Source of the DNA: Confluentibacter lentus
GTDB taxonomy: Bacteria; Bacteroidota; Bacteroidia; Flavobacteriales; Flavobacteriaceae
Direction: 5' to 3'
NCBI RefSeq assembly: GCF_002806995.1
Contig: NZ_NIHE01000002.1
Location: 526,778-590,777 of the forward strand
Length of the DNA: 64,000 nucleotides
A program made the position numbers and the translations under genes. The notes beneath the pieces were generated by a model. It worked only from the letters and a program-made list of their open reading frames with translations, was not told where the DNA came from and did not search any database. Positions 10,805 to 22,068 of this stretch are shown piece after piece; position 1 is the first letter of the stretch, and each line of letters starts with the position of its first letter.

Positions 10805-11614
10805 ATGAAAGATAAGAGGATATTATATGTATCATCTGAAGTAGTGCCTTATTTACCAGAGACTGAAATTTCTTCAATGTCTTTTGAAGCACCAAGATTA
10901 GTGAATCAACAAGGCGGCCAAATAAGGATTTTCATGCCCAGATACGGAAATATTAACGAAAGAAGACATCAACTGCACGAAGTTATTAGGCTTTCTGGTA
11001 TAAATTTAGTTATTAATGATTTGGATATGCCCCTGATAATAAAAGTGGCTTCTATTCCAAAAGAACGTATTCAGGTCTATTTTATTGATAATGACGAATA
11101 TTTTAAAAGAAAAGCAACACTAACAGACGAAAATGGTGTATTATTTACCGACAATGATGAACGTGCTATTTTCTTTGCCAAAGGCGTTATAGAAACAGTT
11201 AAAAAATTAAACTGGTCTCCAGATGTTATTCATATACATGGTTGGTTAGCCGCCTTGCTTCCTATTTACCTAAAAGAATATTACAAAGACGAACCTTTGT
11301 TTAACGAAAGTAAAATTGTTACCTCTGTATACAATCAAAGTTTTAACAATACGTTAAGTCTTGATATGTTTAATAAAGTTAAATTTGACAATCTTAATGA
11401 GGACGCCATTAAAGTTTTAGAAGAGCCATCTTATGTTAATTTAATGAAAATTGCCATTGATTATTCTGACGCTTTGATTGTTGGATCAGAAGAAATTCCT
11501 AAAGATTTAACGACCTACATTAAAAATTCAAACAAACCAGTTTTAGAATACAAAAATAGAGATGATTTTGGTGAAGCTTACACAAAATTTTTCAACAAAG
11601 AAGTTTTAAGCTAA
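10805..11614 (+). CDS. short glycogen/starch-synthase-like protein (N-terminal Glyco_transf_5 domain only)
   Basis: 269 aa. [25 protein letters not shown]... matches the N-terminal half of GlgA-type synthases. No C-terminal GT1 half is present. Divergent from panC. Confidence 0.65.
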   Translation: MKDKRILYVSSEVVPYLPETEISSMSFEAPRLVNQQGGQIRIFMPRYGNINERRHQLHEVIRLSGINLVINDLDMPLIIKVASIPKERIQVYFIDNDEYFKRKATLTDENGVLFTDNDERAIFFAKGVIETVKKLNWSPDVIHIHGWLAALLPIYLKEYYKDEPLFNESKIVTSVYNQSFNNTLSLDMFNKVKFDNLNEDAIKVLEEPSYVNLMKIAIDYSDALIVGSEEIPKDLTTYIKNSNKPVLEYKNRDDFGEAYTKFFNKEVLS

Positions 11615-11637
11615 CAAAATATTTCTTAGATAATTAT

Positions 11638-13302
11638 ATGAAAAAGATATTTAAAGCCCTTAATCTTACCGGTGTTAGTCTGTTTTTAATAATCTCTTTT
11701 ATTGCTTGCGATAAAGATTTTAGCACGATAGAAAGTGACGTTTTAGGAGAGGATAACATTAATTTTAATACAGACCGAGTAAGCTTGCCTGTCATTGCTT
11801 ACAATAAAAAACTGGACTCTTTACAGATTAATAATTTATCATCAAATTTATTAGGTGTTTTTAATGATCCAGCGTTCGGACAAACCATTGCTAGTATCAT
11901 AACTCAAGTAACGCCTGCAACTTATGACCCAGACTTTGGGGATAACCCCGTTATAGATTCTGTTGTTTTATCAATTCCTTATTTCAGCAGGGCTTTAACA
12001 GATTCTACCTATACTATTAGTGATTCATTGTATGGAAATAGCCCTATCCGATTATCCATTTATAAAAACAATTACTTTTTAAGGGATTTTGATCCAAATT
12101 CCCCAACTAATGCCCGCCAAAATTATTATTCAAAAGCAAACGGTTCAATAAACAATACAGATAATTTTGCTTTGACGAACAATACCGTTATAAATTTTGA
12201 TACCAACAAAGGGGAGTTACTTAAAGATACCATATTCACCCCTAGCAGTAAAGCTATTGTCACAAAAACAATTGGTGAAGACAGCACCATAACAAGATCG
12301 AGATCTGTACCTGCTTTAAGATTTAAATTAGACCCTTCCTTTTGGACCACAACTATCATAAATAAAGGAGGTCAATCAGAGCTTAGCAATGAAAATAATT
12401 TTAAAAATTATTTTAGAGGATTATATTTAAAAGCTGAACCAATAAATGGTAATGGCAACTTGGTTTTATTGAATATAGCATCTACAGCTTCAAATATTAC
12501 CATTTACTATTCAAAAGACGATTCTGCAGCAACTGGAGAGAGAACGCAAGACTCCTATGTTTTAAACATAGCGGGTAATAGATTAAATACATTTATAAAT
12601 AATTACACCGTTCCTTTAGGCAATGGAAACAAAACATTAGGTGATGAAAAACTTTATTTAAAAGGTACAGAAGGCTCTATGGCAATTGTTGATTTATTTG
12701 GCGGCATGGTTGATTGCGATGGAGATGGTATCTTAGACACATCAGCCTTAGATTGTTTTAAAGAAACGTACCGGGTTCCAGATGGCAATGGTGGATATAA
12801 GAAAGACAACTCTGGCAACTATATCTTAAAACAATTGATTAATGAAGCGCGATTGGTTATCTATGAAGATGAAGCTATGGTAAGTACTACTACAGATTAT
12901 CATAAATATGATAGAATTTATGCCTATGATATTAAAAACAACATCCCGACAATTGACTATCTTTCGTACGATCCTACTACTAATACAAATAACCCTTTAA
13001 GTTCTAAAATAATAAGTTTGGGACAGAGAGACCCTCAACTTTTAAAATACAAAATACGACTTACTGAACATTTAAACAATATTTTAATTAGGGATTCAAC
13101 CAACACAAAAATTGGCTTAGTTTTATCTTCAAATGTAAATTTGAGTAATAATTCAAGTATTCTAAACAGTAACGATATCGTAACTAATATCCCAGCCGTA
13201 TCAATTATAACACCAAGAGGCACCATTTTACACGGAACTAATACAAATGTTCCTGAAAATAAAAAAATGACATTGGAAATATTTTTTACTAAACCTAAGT
13301 AA
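11638..13302 (+). CDS. lipoprotein, probably DUF4270 family
   Basis: 554 aa. Signal plus lipobox ([11 protein letters not shown]). Its position after the glycogen-synthase-like gene and before glmS is typical for DUF4270 genes in Flavobacteriaceae. Assigned from memory only. Confidence 0.5.
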   Translation: MKKIFKALNLTGVSLFLIISFIACDKDFSTIESDVLGEDNINFNTDRVSLPVIAYNKKLDSLQINNLSSNLLGVFNDPAFGQTIASIITQVTPATYDPDFGDNPVIDSVVLSIPYFSRALTDSTYTISDSLYGNSPIRLSIYKNNYFLRDFDPNSPTNARQNYYSKANGSINNTDNFALTNNTVINFDTNKGELLKDTIFTPSSKAIVTKTIGEDSTITRSRSVPALRFKLDPSFWTTTIINKGGQSELSNENNFKNYFRGLYLKAEPINGNGNLVLLNIASTASNITIYYSKDDSAATGERTQDSYVLNIAGNRLNTFINNYTVPLGNGNKTLGDEKLYLKGTEGSMAIVDLFGGMVDCDGDGILDTSALDCFKETYRVPDGNGGYKKDNSGNYILKQLINEARLVIYEDEAMVSTTTDYHKYDRIYAYDIKNNIPTIDYLSYDPTTNTNNPLSSKIISLGQRDPQLLKYKIRLTEHLNNILIRDSTNTKIGLVLSSNVNLSNNSSILNSNDIVTNIPAVSIITPRGTILHGTNTNVPENKKMTLEIFFTKPK

Positions 13303-13465
13303 ATTAGATAAATATCTAGGTGTAAATTTACATCGAACATTATTATTTTGTTTGTTTTAAATGAACTTCATCGTTTAAAAAGAAACTTATATATAATAAT
13401 TATAATACATTAGAGTTTATTTTACATATTTGTACTGATTAATATTAACCCAAGTCAAATTAATT

Positions 13466-15313
13466 ATGTGTGGAATCGTTGGATATTTAGGGTACAGGGA
13501 TGCTTACCCAATCATTATTGAAGGTCTTAAAAGATTAGAGTATCGTGGTTATGATAGTGCGGGAATTGCTTTATTTGATGGTACGAACCTTAATATTTCA
13601 AAAACAAAAGGCAAAGTCACAGACTTAGAAAATTGTGTTGAGAATCAAATTTCTAAGCAAGGTAAACTGGGTATAGGACATACCAGATGGGCGACTCATG
13701 GTGTTCCAAATGATGTTAATTCGCATCCTCATACTTCAAATTCGGGTGATTTAGTCATTATCCATAATGGCATTATCGAAAATTACGATTCCCTCAAACA
13801 GGAGCTTATTTCTCGTGGTTATACATTTAAGTCGGATACAGATACCGAGGTTTTGATTAACTTAATTGAAGATGTTAAAAAGAAAGAAAATGTAAAACTA
13901 GGAAAAGCAGTTCAAATAGCACTAAACCAAGTTGTTGGGGCCTATGCGATAGCTGTTTTTGACAAAACAAAACCCAATGAAATTATTATTGCTCGTTTAG
14001 GAAGCCCTCTAGCCGTTGGCATTGGAGAAAATGAGTTTTTTATAGCAAGCGATGCATCTCCGTTTATAGAATATACTAAAAATGCCATTTACTTAGAAGA
14101 TGAAGAAATGGCTATTGTTAGAGAGGGTAAAGACATCAGGATTAGAAAAATTAAAGATGATTCTTTAGTAGATACTTATGTTCAAGAATTGCAGCTAAAC
14201 TTAGAGCAAATAGAAAAAGGCGGTTTTGATCATTTCATGTTAAAGGAAATTTATGAACAACCTAAAGCTATTAACGATACTTATAGAGGCAGACTTTTAA
14301 GGAAGGAAGCCATTATAAAAATGTCTGGTGTTGAGGATAACATGAAAAAATTCCTTAATGCAAATCGTTTTATCATCGTAGCTTGTGGCACTTCGTGGCA
14401 TGCTGGATTGGTAGCCGAATATATTTTTGAAGATTTGGCCAGGATTCCTGTTGAAGTTGAATATGCCTCTGAATTTAGATACCGTAATCCCATAATTACT
14501 GAGAAAGATGTTGTTATTGCCATTTCGCAATCTGGTGAAACGGCCGATACGCTTGCGGCTATAAAATTAGCAAAATCAAAAGGAGCTTTTGTTTTTGGTG
14601 TTTGTAATGTTGTAGGGTCTTCAATAGCAAGAGAAACAGATGCTGGCGCTTATACACATGCTGGGCCAGAAATTGGCGTTGCATCAACCAAAGCCTTTAC
14701 TACTCAAATTACCTTATTAACATTGATTGCTTTACGTTTAGCTAGAGCCAAAGGAACTATTTCTAGTTCTGATTTCCGTCATCATTTATTAGAATTGGAA
14801 ATGATACCTAAAAAAGTTGAAAAAGCCTTAAAATCTGATGAGCACATAAAAGAAATTGCCAATATATATAAAGATGTTTCTAATTTCTTATACTTAGGCA
14901 GGGGTTATAACTTTCCAGTAGCTTTAGAAGGTGCGTTAAAATTAAAAGAGATTTCATATATTCACGCTGAAGGCTACCCTGCTGCTGAAATGAAACACGG
15001 CCCTATCGCACTCATAGATGAAAATATGCCTATTGTTGTTATTGCAACAAAAACAGGACATTACGATAAAGTTGTAAGCAATATTCAAGAAATAAAATCT
15101 CGTAAGGGTAAAATCATTGGTATTGTTACAGAAGGTGATGTAACCGTTAGGGAACTTGCCGACCATGTTATCGAAGTGCCAGAAACTTTAGAGTCTTTAA
15201 CACCTTTATTAACAACTATTCCTCTTCAATTATTATCTTATTATATCGCGGTTATGCTTGGCAAAAATGTGGATCAACCCCGAAACCTTGCAAAATCTGT
15301 AACAGTAGAATAA
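13466..15313 (+). CDS. glmS: glutamine--fructose-6-phosphate aminotransferase (isomerizing)
   Basis: 615 aa. Starts MCGIVGY (N-terminal nucleophile Cys). Two SIS domains. C-terminal ...KSVTVE. Confidence 0.95.
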   Translation: MCGIVGYLGYRDAYPIIIEGLKRLEYRGYDSAGIALFDGTNLNISKTKGKVTDLENCVENQISKQGKLGIGHTRWATHGVPNDVNSHPHTSNSGDLVIIHNGIIENYDSLKQELISRGYTFKSDTDTEVLINLIEDVKKKENVKLGKAVQIALNQVVGAYAIAVFDKTKPNEIIIARLGSPLAVGIGENEFFIASDASPFIEYTKNAIYLEDEEMAIVREGKDIRIRKIKDDSLVDTYVQELQLNLEQIEKGGFDHFMLKEIYEQPKAINDTYRGRLLRKEAIIKMSGVEDNMKKFLNANRFIIVACGTSWHAGLVAEYIFEDLARIPVEVEYASEFRYRNPIITEKDVVIAISQSGETADTLAAIKLAKSKGAFVFGVCNVVGSSIARETDAGAYTHAGPEIGVASTKAFTTQITLLTLIALRLARAKGTISSSDFRHHLLELEMIPKKVEKALKSDEHIKEIANIYKDVSNFLYLGRGYNFPVALEGALKLKEISYIHAEGYPAAEMKHGPIALIDENMPIVVIATKTGHYDKVVSNIQEIKSRKGKIIGIVTEGDVTVRELADHVIEVPETLESLTPLLTTIPLQLLSYYIAVMLGKNVDQPRNLAKSVTVE

Positions 15314-15336
15314 AACCTTTTAAAAAATGGCTTTTT

Positions 15337-15375
15337 AAAAATCTCATATTTTTAAGTTAAAATTATGAGATTTTG
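15337..15375 (+). terminator. possible glmS terminator hairpin (AATCTCATA...TATGAGATT)
   Basis: 9-bp inverted repeat with a ~15-nt AT loop, followed by a T-rich tract. Confidence 0.35.
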
Positions 15376-15426
15376 TTATTTATTTAGCCGTATTCTATCA
15401 ATTAAACAATCTAAAGTTTGCTTTTT

Positions 15427-15462
15427 TAACAAAAATATTATGCAAGCATAATATTTTTGTTA
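15427..15462. promoter_or_regulatory. 36-bp perfect palindrome TAACAAAAATATTATGC-AA-GCATAATATTTTTGTTA, a candidate operator upstream of the TonB-receptor/SGNH-lipoprotein operon
   Basis: 17-bp arms that are exact reverse complements, with a 2-bp spacer. It lies ~65 bp upstream of the 15526 start codon. Confidence 0.45.
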
Positions 15463-15525
15463 TATTTACGCATAACATTATAAGATAATCACTATCTTTT
15501 AATGAGAAATAATTAAGCTAAATAA

Positions 15526-18276
15526 ATGAAGACATTTTTTTCTGTTCTGTTGTTGTTTTTATTTGGATTGTCGTACTCCCAAACAACAATTTCTGGAACT
15601 GTTATTGACGACAGCGGACAACCCATTCCTGGGGCAAATATTATTGTGATTGGAACTTCTACGGGAACAGTCACTGATTTTGATGGCAATTTTACACTAA
15701 ATATAACACAAGAACCTCCTTTTGATTTACAAGCAAGTAGTGTGGGCTTTGAAACAGTTGTGGAACGAATAACATCAAAAAACCAAACTGTTAATTTCAT
15801 ACTTAAAGAAGGAACATCTTTAGATGAGGTAGTAATTTCTGCTTCAAGAACTCCTGAGCGTATCTTCGAATCGCCAGTTACGGTAGAACGTATAGGACTT
15901 AGAGAAATTAAAAATACAGCTTCAGTTGATTTTTATGATGGTTTAGAAAATCTTAAAGGCGTCGATGTCAATACAAATAGTTTAACTTTTAAATCGGTGA
16001 ACACTAGAGGTTTTGCCACTTTCGCCAATAACCGTTTTATGCAATTGGTTGACGGCATGGACAATTCTACTCCTGCATTAAATTTTCCAATAGGTAACTT
16101 AGTTGGACTGGTTGAAACTGATGTTTTAAGTGTTGAGCTATTACCTGGAGCATCCTCAGCACTATATGGTGCTAATGCCTTCAATGGTATATTATTTATG
16201 CAGAGCAAAAACCCTTTTGATCATCCAGGAATTCGTACCTCAATTAAACGAGGGATTACTTCTCAAAAAGCTGCTGGAGATAATGCCTACACTGATGTTA
16301 GCTTTACTGCGGGACATAAGTTTAGTAATAAATTTGCTGGAAAAGTGAATTTTGGTTACTTAAAAGGTACTGATTGGGCAGCTAATAGTGAAGTAGATAA
16401 AAACATGCTAGGCGGAACAAGAGCAACCAACGTTAATTATAATGGCATAAACGTTTATGGAGATATTGTTTTTACTAATATTAGAGCGGCTTCAGGTGGA
16501 TTGGGCATTGTACCTAATGTTAATGTAAGCAGAACAGGTTATAATGAAAGAGACTTGACGGATTATAATGCAGAGAGTATAAAAGCAGATTGGGGATTAT
16601 ATTATAGACCGTTTGAAAATGACTTTGAAATATCATATGTCGGCAAAGTAGGTACAGGTTCCACAATTTACCAAGGGACCAATAGATACTATCTTGATGG
16701 ATTTTTTCAAGAACAACATAAATTGGAAATAAAAAATAATAACTTTTTTCTTAGAGGCTATATTGTTGGTGATAAAGCGGGAAAATCTTATGATATGGAG
16801 GCCACAGCTATTCAAATTAACCGAACTTGGAAAAGTGATACACAATGGTTTAGAGATTATATTAGCACCTATGTTGGTGCTTCTATTGGCGGAGCAACAG
16901 AGGCTCAATCTCATGCGGCTGCCAGATTAGCAGCAGAAAATGGTCGTTTTGAACCAGGTAGCCCAGAATTTATTGCAGCCTTCAATAAAAGTATAAACGA
17001 CCCCAATTTAGTAACCGGATCTAAATTTCAAGATGCTTCAAAATACTATCATGCCGACGGAAATTATAACTTTAGCCACTTAACAGATATCGCTGAAATT
17101 CAAATAGGCGGTTCTTATAGACAATACAGTTTAAACTCGTTTGGCACTATTTATACTGATAATAATGGCCCTATTGATTATTCGGAATTTGGGGTATATA
17201 CGCAAATTCAGAAAAATTTAGAATTAAATGATGCTCTGGATTTAAAATTAACAGGTTCTATTCGTTATGATAAATCAGAATTCTTTGACGGGTTCTTTTC
17301 CCCTAGAATATCCGCTGGTTTAACTGTAAACAAAAACCATAATTTCAGAGCCTCTATACAAACTGGATTTAGAAATCCAACAACGCAAGATTTATTCATA
17401 GGCTTAGATACTGGCGCATATGTCTTGGTAGGTTCTGCACCTGATAATTTAGACCGCTTTTCCAGAACATATGATATCAGCGCATCAGGCCAATTGTTGG
17501 GCCAGCCTGCTACTATTACACAAACTGGCCGTGCCGCCTATACTAATTCATATACAGCAACTTCTGCCCTAGCTGCAGCTGAAACTGGAAATGCGGCCCT
17601 TCTACAAATTGCAAACCCTGATTTAATAAAACCAGAGCAGATTACTACTTCCGAAATTGGCTATAGAGGTAAATACAGCAACTTAATTGTAGATTTTAGC
17701 GCTTATTATAATAAGTACAAAGATTTTATTTCTCAAGGACGGGTGATTTCTCCATTATATGGAACAGTTGGTGACAATTCTTTGTCTTTTGAAGCCGTAA
17801 AAAATAGAGATTATCAAATCTATGGTTCTTATACAAATGCTGAGGCTGATGTTAAATCTTATGGCGCTTCCATAGGTTTGTCAACTAAAATATTTAATGA
17901 TTTTGACTTAAGTGGAAGTTATACCTATGCAAAATTAGACTTCGACCAAGCCAAATACCCAAGCTTTGTTACCAATTTCAATACACCGGAACATAAATTT
18001 AAAGCATCTTTTGGAAATACAGAACTATTTAAAAATTTTGGATTCAATGTGTCGTATAGATTTAGTGATGATTACTTCTGGGAAGGCACATTTGGCGATG
18101 GTGTTGTACCGGAATTCCACGTGGTTGATGCTCAAATTAACTTAGTAGTGCCTAGTTTGAAATCTATATTCAAAGTAGGAGCTACTAACTTAGGGGGCAA
18201 AGAATATTACACAGCCTTTGGTACTGGATTTATAGGCTCCATGTATTATGCTTCATGGACAATTAACAACTTATAA
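15526..18276 (+). CDS. TonB-dependent outer-membrane receptor with an N-terminal carboxypeptidase-regulatory-like domain
   Basis: 916 aa. Signal peptide. SGTVIDDSGQPIPGANIIV (CarbopepD_reg-like), plug and barrel regions. The C-terminus ends in an aromatic residue (...WTINNL). Confidence 0.85.
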   Translation: MKTFFSVLLLFLFGLSYSQTTISGTVIDDSGQPIPGANIIVIGTSTGTVTDFDGNFTLNITQEPPFDLQASSVGFETVVERITSKNQTVNFILKEGTSLDEVVISASRTPERIFESPVTVERIGLREIKNTASVDFYDGLENLKGVDVNTNSLTFKSVNTRGFATFANNRFMQLVDGMDNSTPALNFPIGNLVGLVETDVLSVELLPGASSALYGANAFNGILFMQSKNPFDHPGIRTSIKRGITSQKAAGDNAYTDVSFTAGHKFSNKFAGKVNFGYLKGTDWAANSEVDKNMLGGTRATNVNYNGINVYGDIVFTNIRAASGGLGIVPNVNVSRTGYNERDLTDYNAESIKADWGLYYRPFENDFEISYVGKVGTGSTIYQGTNRYYLDGFFQEQHKLEIKNNNFFLRGYIVGDKAGKSYDMEATAIQINRTWKSDTQWFRDYISTYVGASIGGATEAQSHAAARLAAENGRFEPGSPEFIAAFNKSINDPNLVTGSKFQDASKYYHADGNYNFSHLTDIAEIQIGGSYRQYSLNSFGTIYTDNNGPIDYSEFGVYTQIQKNLELNDALDLKLTGSIRYDKSEFFDGFFSPRISAGLTVNKNHNFRASIQTGFRNPTTQDLFIGLDTGAYVLVGSAPDNLDRFSRTYDISASGQLLGQPATITQTGRAAYTNSYTATSALAAAETGNAALLQIANPDLIKPEQITTSEIGYRGKYSNLIVDFSAYYNKYKDFISQGRVISPLYGTVGDNSLSFEAVKNRDYQIYGSYTNAEADVKSYGASIGLSTKIFNDFDLSGSYTYAKLDFDQAKYPSFVTNFNTPEHKFKASFGNTELFKNFGFNVSYRFSDDYFWEGTFGDGVVPEFHVVDAQINLVVPSLKSIFKVGATNLGGKEYYTAFGTGFIGSMYYASWTINNL

Positions 18277-18287
18277 AAAAGATCATT

Positions 18288-19925
18288 ATGAACGTAAAAT
18301 ATATATGGCTATTAATAATCCTGTTTGGATTTACAGCATGCAACGACATTGAGGATGTTAGCAGACTTGAAGCGGAAGCTGAATTACCAGAACTAACAGC
18401 TGGTTCTGCCGATTTTTCAAATTATGTAGCAATTGGCGCATCATTTACTGCAGGTTTTACCGATAATGCTTTATTTAAAGCTGCTCAAGCAAATTCATTC
18501 CCAAACATATTATCACAACAATTTTCGAAAGTTGAAGGTGGTGATTTTAAACAACCTTTAACAAGTGATAATTATGGTGGTTTAGCAGCAGGTGGTTCTA
18601 GAATTCCCGGTTTTGACCCAAGATTGATTTTTGGTGGTGCTGGCCCAGTTCCTTTAGAATCTGTAATTGGACCTGTAACCGTGACCACAGATATCGCTTT
18701 AAATAAACCAACAGGGCCTTTTAATAACATGGGAGTTCCTGGTGCTAAAAGTTATCATTTACTATTTAATGGTTATGGCAATATTGCAAATTTAGCAACC
18801 AAAACCGCTAATCCGTACTTTGTGAGAATAGCATCTAGCACTAGTGCTACCATATTAGGTGATGCCATGGCACAAAACCCTACTTTTTTTACTTTATCGG
18901 AAATTGGCGGGAATGATGTTTTAGGATATGCCCTGGCAGGTGGAGACAGCACCATTGATAACATAACACCCTCAGCAGGACCACTAGGAGTAGGTTTTGA
19001 CCAAACATATAGCTACATAGTTACAACATTAACATCAGCCGGAGCTAAAGGCGTTGTTACAAATATCCCTTATATCACAGATTTACCTCATTTTACAACT
19101 GTTCCATATAATCCTTTAAGTCCATTAAACCCTTCTTTCGGGCCTCAAATACCAACTCTTAATGGCATTTTTGGTCAGTTAAATCAAGTATTTGCTTTTC
19201 TTGGTGCTTCAGAGCGTTCAATTGTGTTCTCAACTACTGCCGCAAGCCCTGTAATCATTAAAGATGAGTCTTTAGTAAATTTATCCGCACAAATTGAAGG
19301 GGTTCTTAATGCAAGTCCAACATTTCCCGCTTTTGTTCAAAGTTTTGGGTTACCAGCTCAGGCAGCACCTTTAGTTGCTAGTTTATTCGGAATAACATAC
19401 GGGCAAGCAAGAATGGCCAATGACAATGATTTATTGGTTTTGCCAAGCAGTTCCGTAATAGGAACTGTTAATACAACATCTGTTGCTTTTTTAATGAACC
19501 AAGGTTTACCTCAAGCATTAGCGGGGCAATTTTCTGCTGAAGGCATTACATTACCATTAGCTGACAAATGGGTATTGATACCAAGTGAACAACAAGAAAT
19601 AAAAACAGCAACAGATGCTTATAATACAACCATTGCATCGGTTGCAAGCTCAAATCCGAATGTGGCTTTAGTAGATTTAAAAGGTATTCTTCAAGAAGCA
19701 ACTATCAGCGGAATCATTTTTGATAATTACATACTACAAACAAGTTTGGTTACAGGCGGTGCCATAGGATTAGACGGTGTACATCTCACGGCTAGGGGCT
19801 ATGCCTATTTGGCAAATAAATTTTTAGAAAAAATTGATGAAGCCTTTGGTTCCAACTTTATAGCTTCAGGAAACGTTGCAAAAGCTGGAGATTACCCAAC
19901 AAATTATTCGCCTACACTACAATAA
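18288..19925 (+). CDS. lipoprotein with SGNH/GDSL-hydrolase-like motifs
   Basis: 545 aa. Lipobox LFGFTACND. Block I-like VAIGASFTAGF, block III EIGGNDV, block V DGVHLTARGY. It starts 12 nt after the receptor stop. Confidence 0.5.
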   Translation: MNVKYIWLLIILFGFTACNDIEDVSRLEAEAELPELTAGSADFSNYVAIGASFTAGFTDNALFKAAQANSFPNILSQQFSKVEGGDFKQPLTSDNYGGLAAGGSRIPGFDPRLIFGGAGPVPLESVIGPVTVTTDIALNKPTGPFNNMGVPGAKSYHLLFNGYGNIANLATKTANPYFVRIASSTSATILGDAMAQNPTFFTLSEIGGNDVLGYALAGGDSTIDNITPSAGPLGVGFDQTYSYIVTTLTSAGAKGVVTNIPYITDLPHFTTVPYNPLSPLNPSFGPQIPTLNGIFGQLNQVFAFLGASERSIVFSTTAASPVIIKDESLVNLSAQIEGVLNASPTFPAFVQSFGLPAQAAPLVASLFGITYGQARMANDNDLLVLPSSSVIGTVNTTSVAFLMNQGLPQALAGQFSAEGITLPLADKWVLIPSEQQEIKTATDAYNTTIASVASSNPNVALVDLKGILQEATISGIIFDNYILQTSLVTGGAIGLDGVHLTARGYAYLANKFLEKIDEAFGSNFIASGNVAKAGDYPTNYSPTLQ

Positions 19926-19947
19926 TGACGCCTTAATTTACAATACT

Positions 19948-19978
19948 GAAACACCTCCTTTTTGGAGGTGTTTTTTTA
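19948..19978 (+). terminator. Rho-independent terminator aaACACCTCCttttGGAGGTGTttttttt
   Basis: 8-bp GC-containing stem with a 4-nt loop and T7. Confidence 0.75.
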
Positions 19979-20089
19979 TTACAAAAAAGCTTAAAAACGA
20001 CTTTAATTATAAATATAAAAAATATATCTTTGCACGCGAAAACAAAATGCGTTTTCATACAATTAAATCGCATAATATTAAACATATAA

Positions 20090-21601
<1,512 letters not shown>

Positions 21602-21703
21602 CCGAAGCTAATGCTGAATTTATTTCAGCATCTTTTAAATTGAAACTCGAATAAACATTAAAAGACCCTGAAATAAATTCAGGGTAGTTAAACAAGTCTA
21701 ACT

Positions 21704-21982
21704 ATGTATTTAGAAATTGTATCGCCTGAAGCAACCTTATTTAATGGAGAAGTAACAAGTGTGACTGTTCCGGGAGTTAATGGGGATTTTCAAATGTTAA
21801 ATAACCACGCTGCCATTGTTTCTTTGTTAAGAGAAGGGGTTGTGAAGATTTCAGGAAATAAAGAATTAGCTGAAAATGTTAAAGATAAATTCAGTAAAGG
21901 CGACAACAACACGCTTTTGCTTAAAATTAATTCTGGAACGCTAGAAATGAAAGATAACAAAATAATCATTTTAGCTGATTAG
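21704..21982 (+). CDS. atpC: F0F1 ATP synthase subunit epsilon
   Basis: 92 aa. MYLEIVSPEATLFNGEVTSVTVPGVNGDFQMLNNHAAIVS is epsilon-like. It follows atpD. Confidence 0.85.
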   Translation: MYLEIVSPEATLFNGEVTSVTVPGVNGDFQMLNNHAAIVSLLREGVVKISGNKELAENVKDKFSKGDNNTLLLKINSGTLEMKDNKIIILAD

Positions 21983-22004
21983 ATTAGTTTCATTCAAAAT
22001 ATAA

Positions 22005-22043
22005 AACAAAAAACGCGAAACATATATGTTTCGCGTTTTTTTA
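22005..22043. terminator. bidirectional terminator aaaACGCGAAACAtataTGTTTCGCGttttttt
   Basis: 9-bp stem, 4-nt loop, A-run upstream and T-run downstream. It lies between convergent atpC and the 22069 gene. Confidence 0.75.
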
Positions 22044-22068
22044 TTCATTAATATACTATAGATGTGAC

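Noticed and set aside
10656-10895. 79-aa minus-strand ORF in the panC / glycogen-synthase-like divergent region
   Set aside because: It overlaps the start of the 10805 gene and the divergent promoter region. No motif is present.
13303-13465. glmS ribozyme upstream of glmS
   Set aside because: The ribozyme is a Gram-positive feature. The 160-bp AT-rich leader shows no pseudoknotted GC-rich core.
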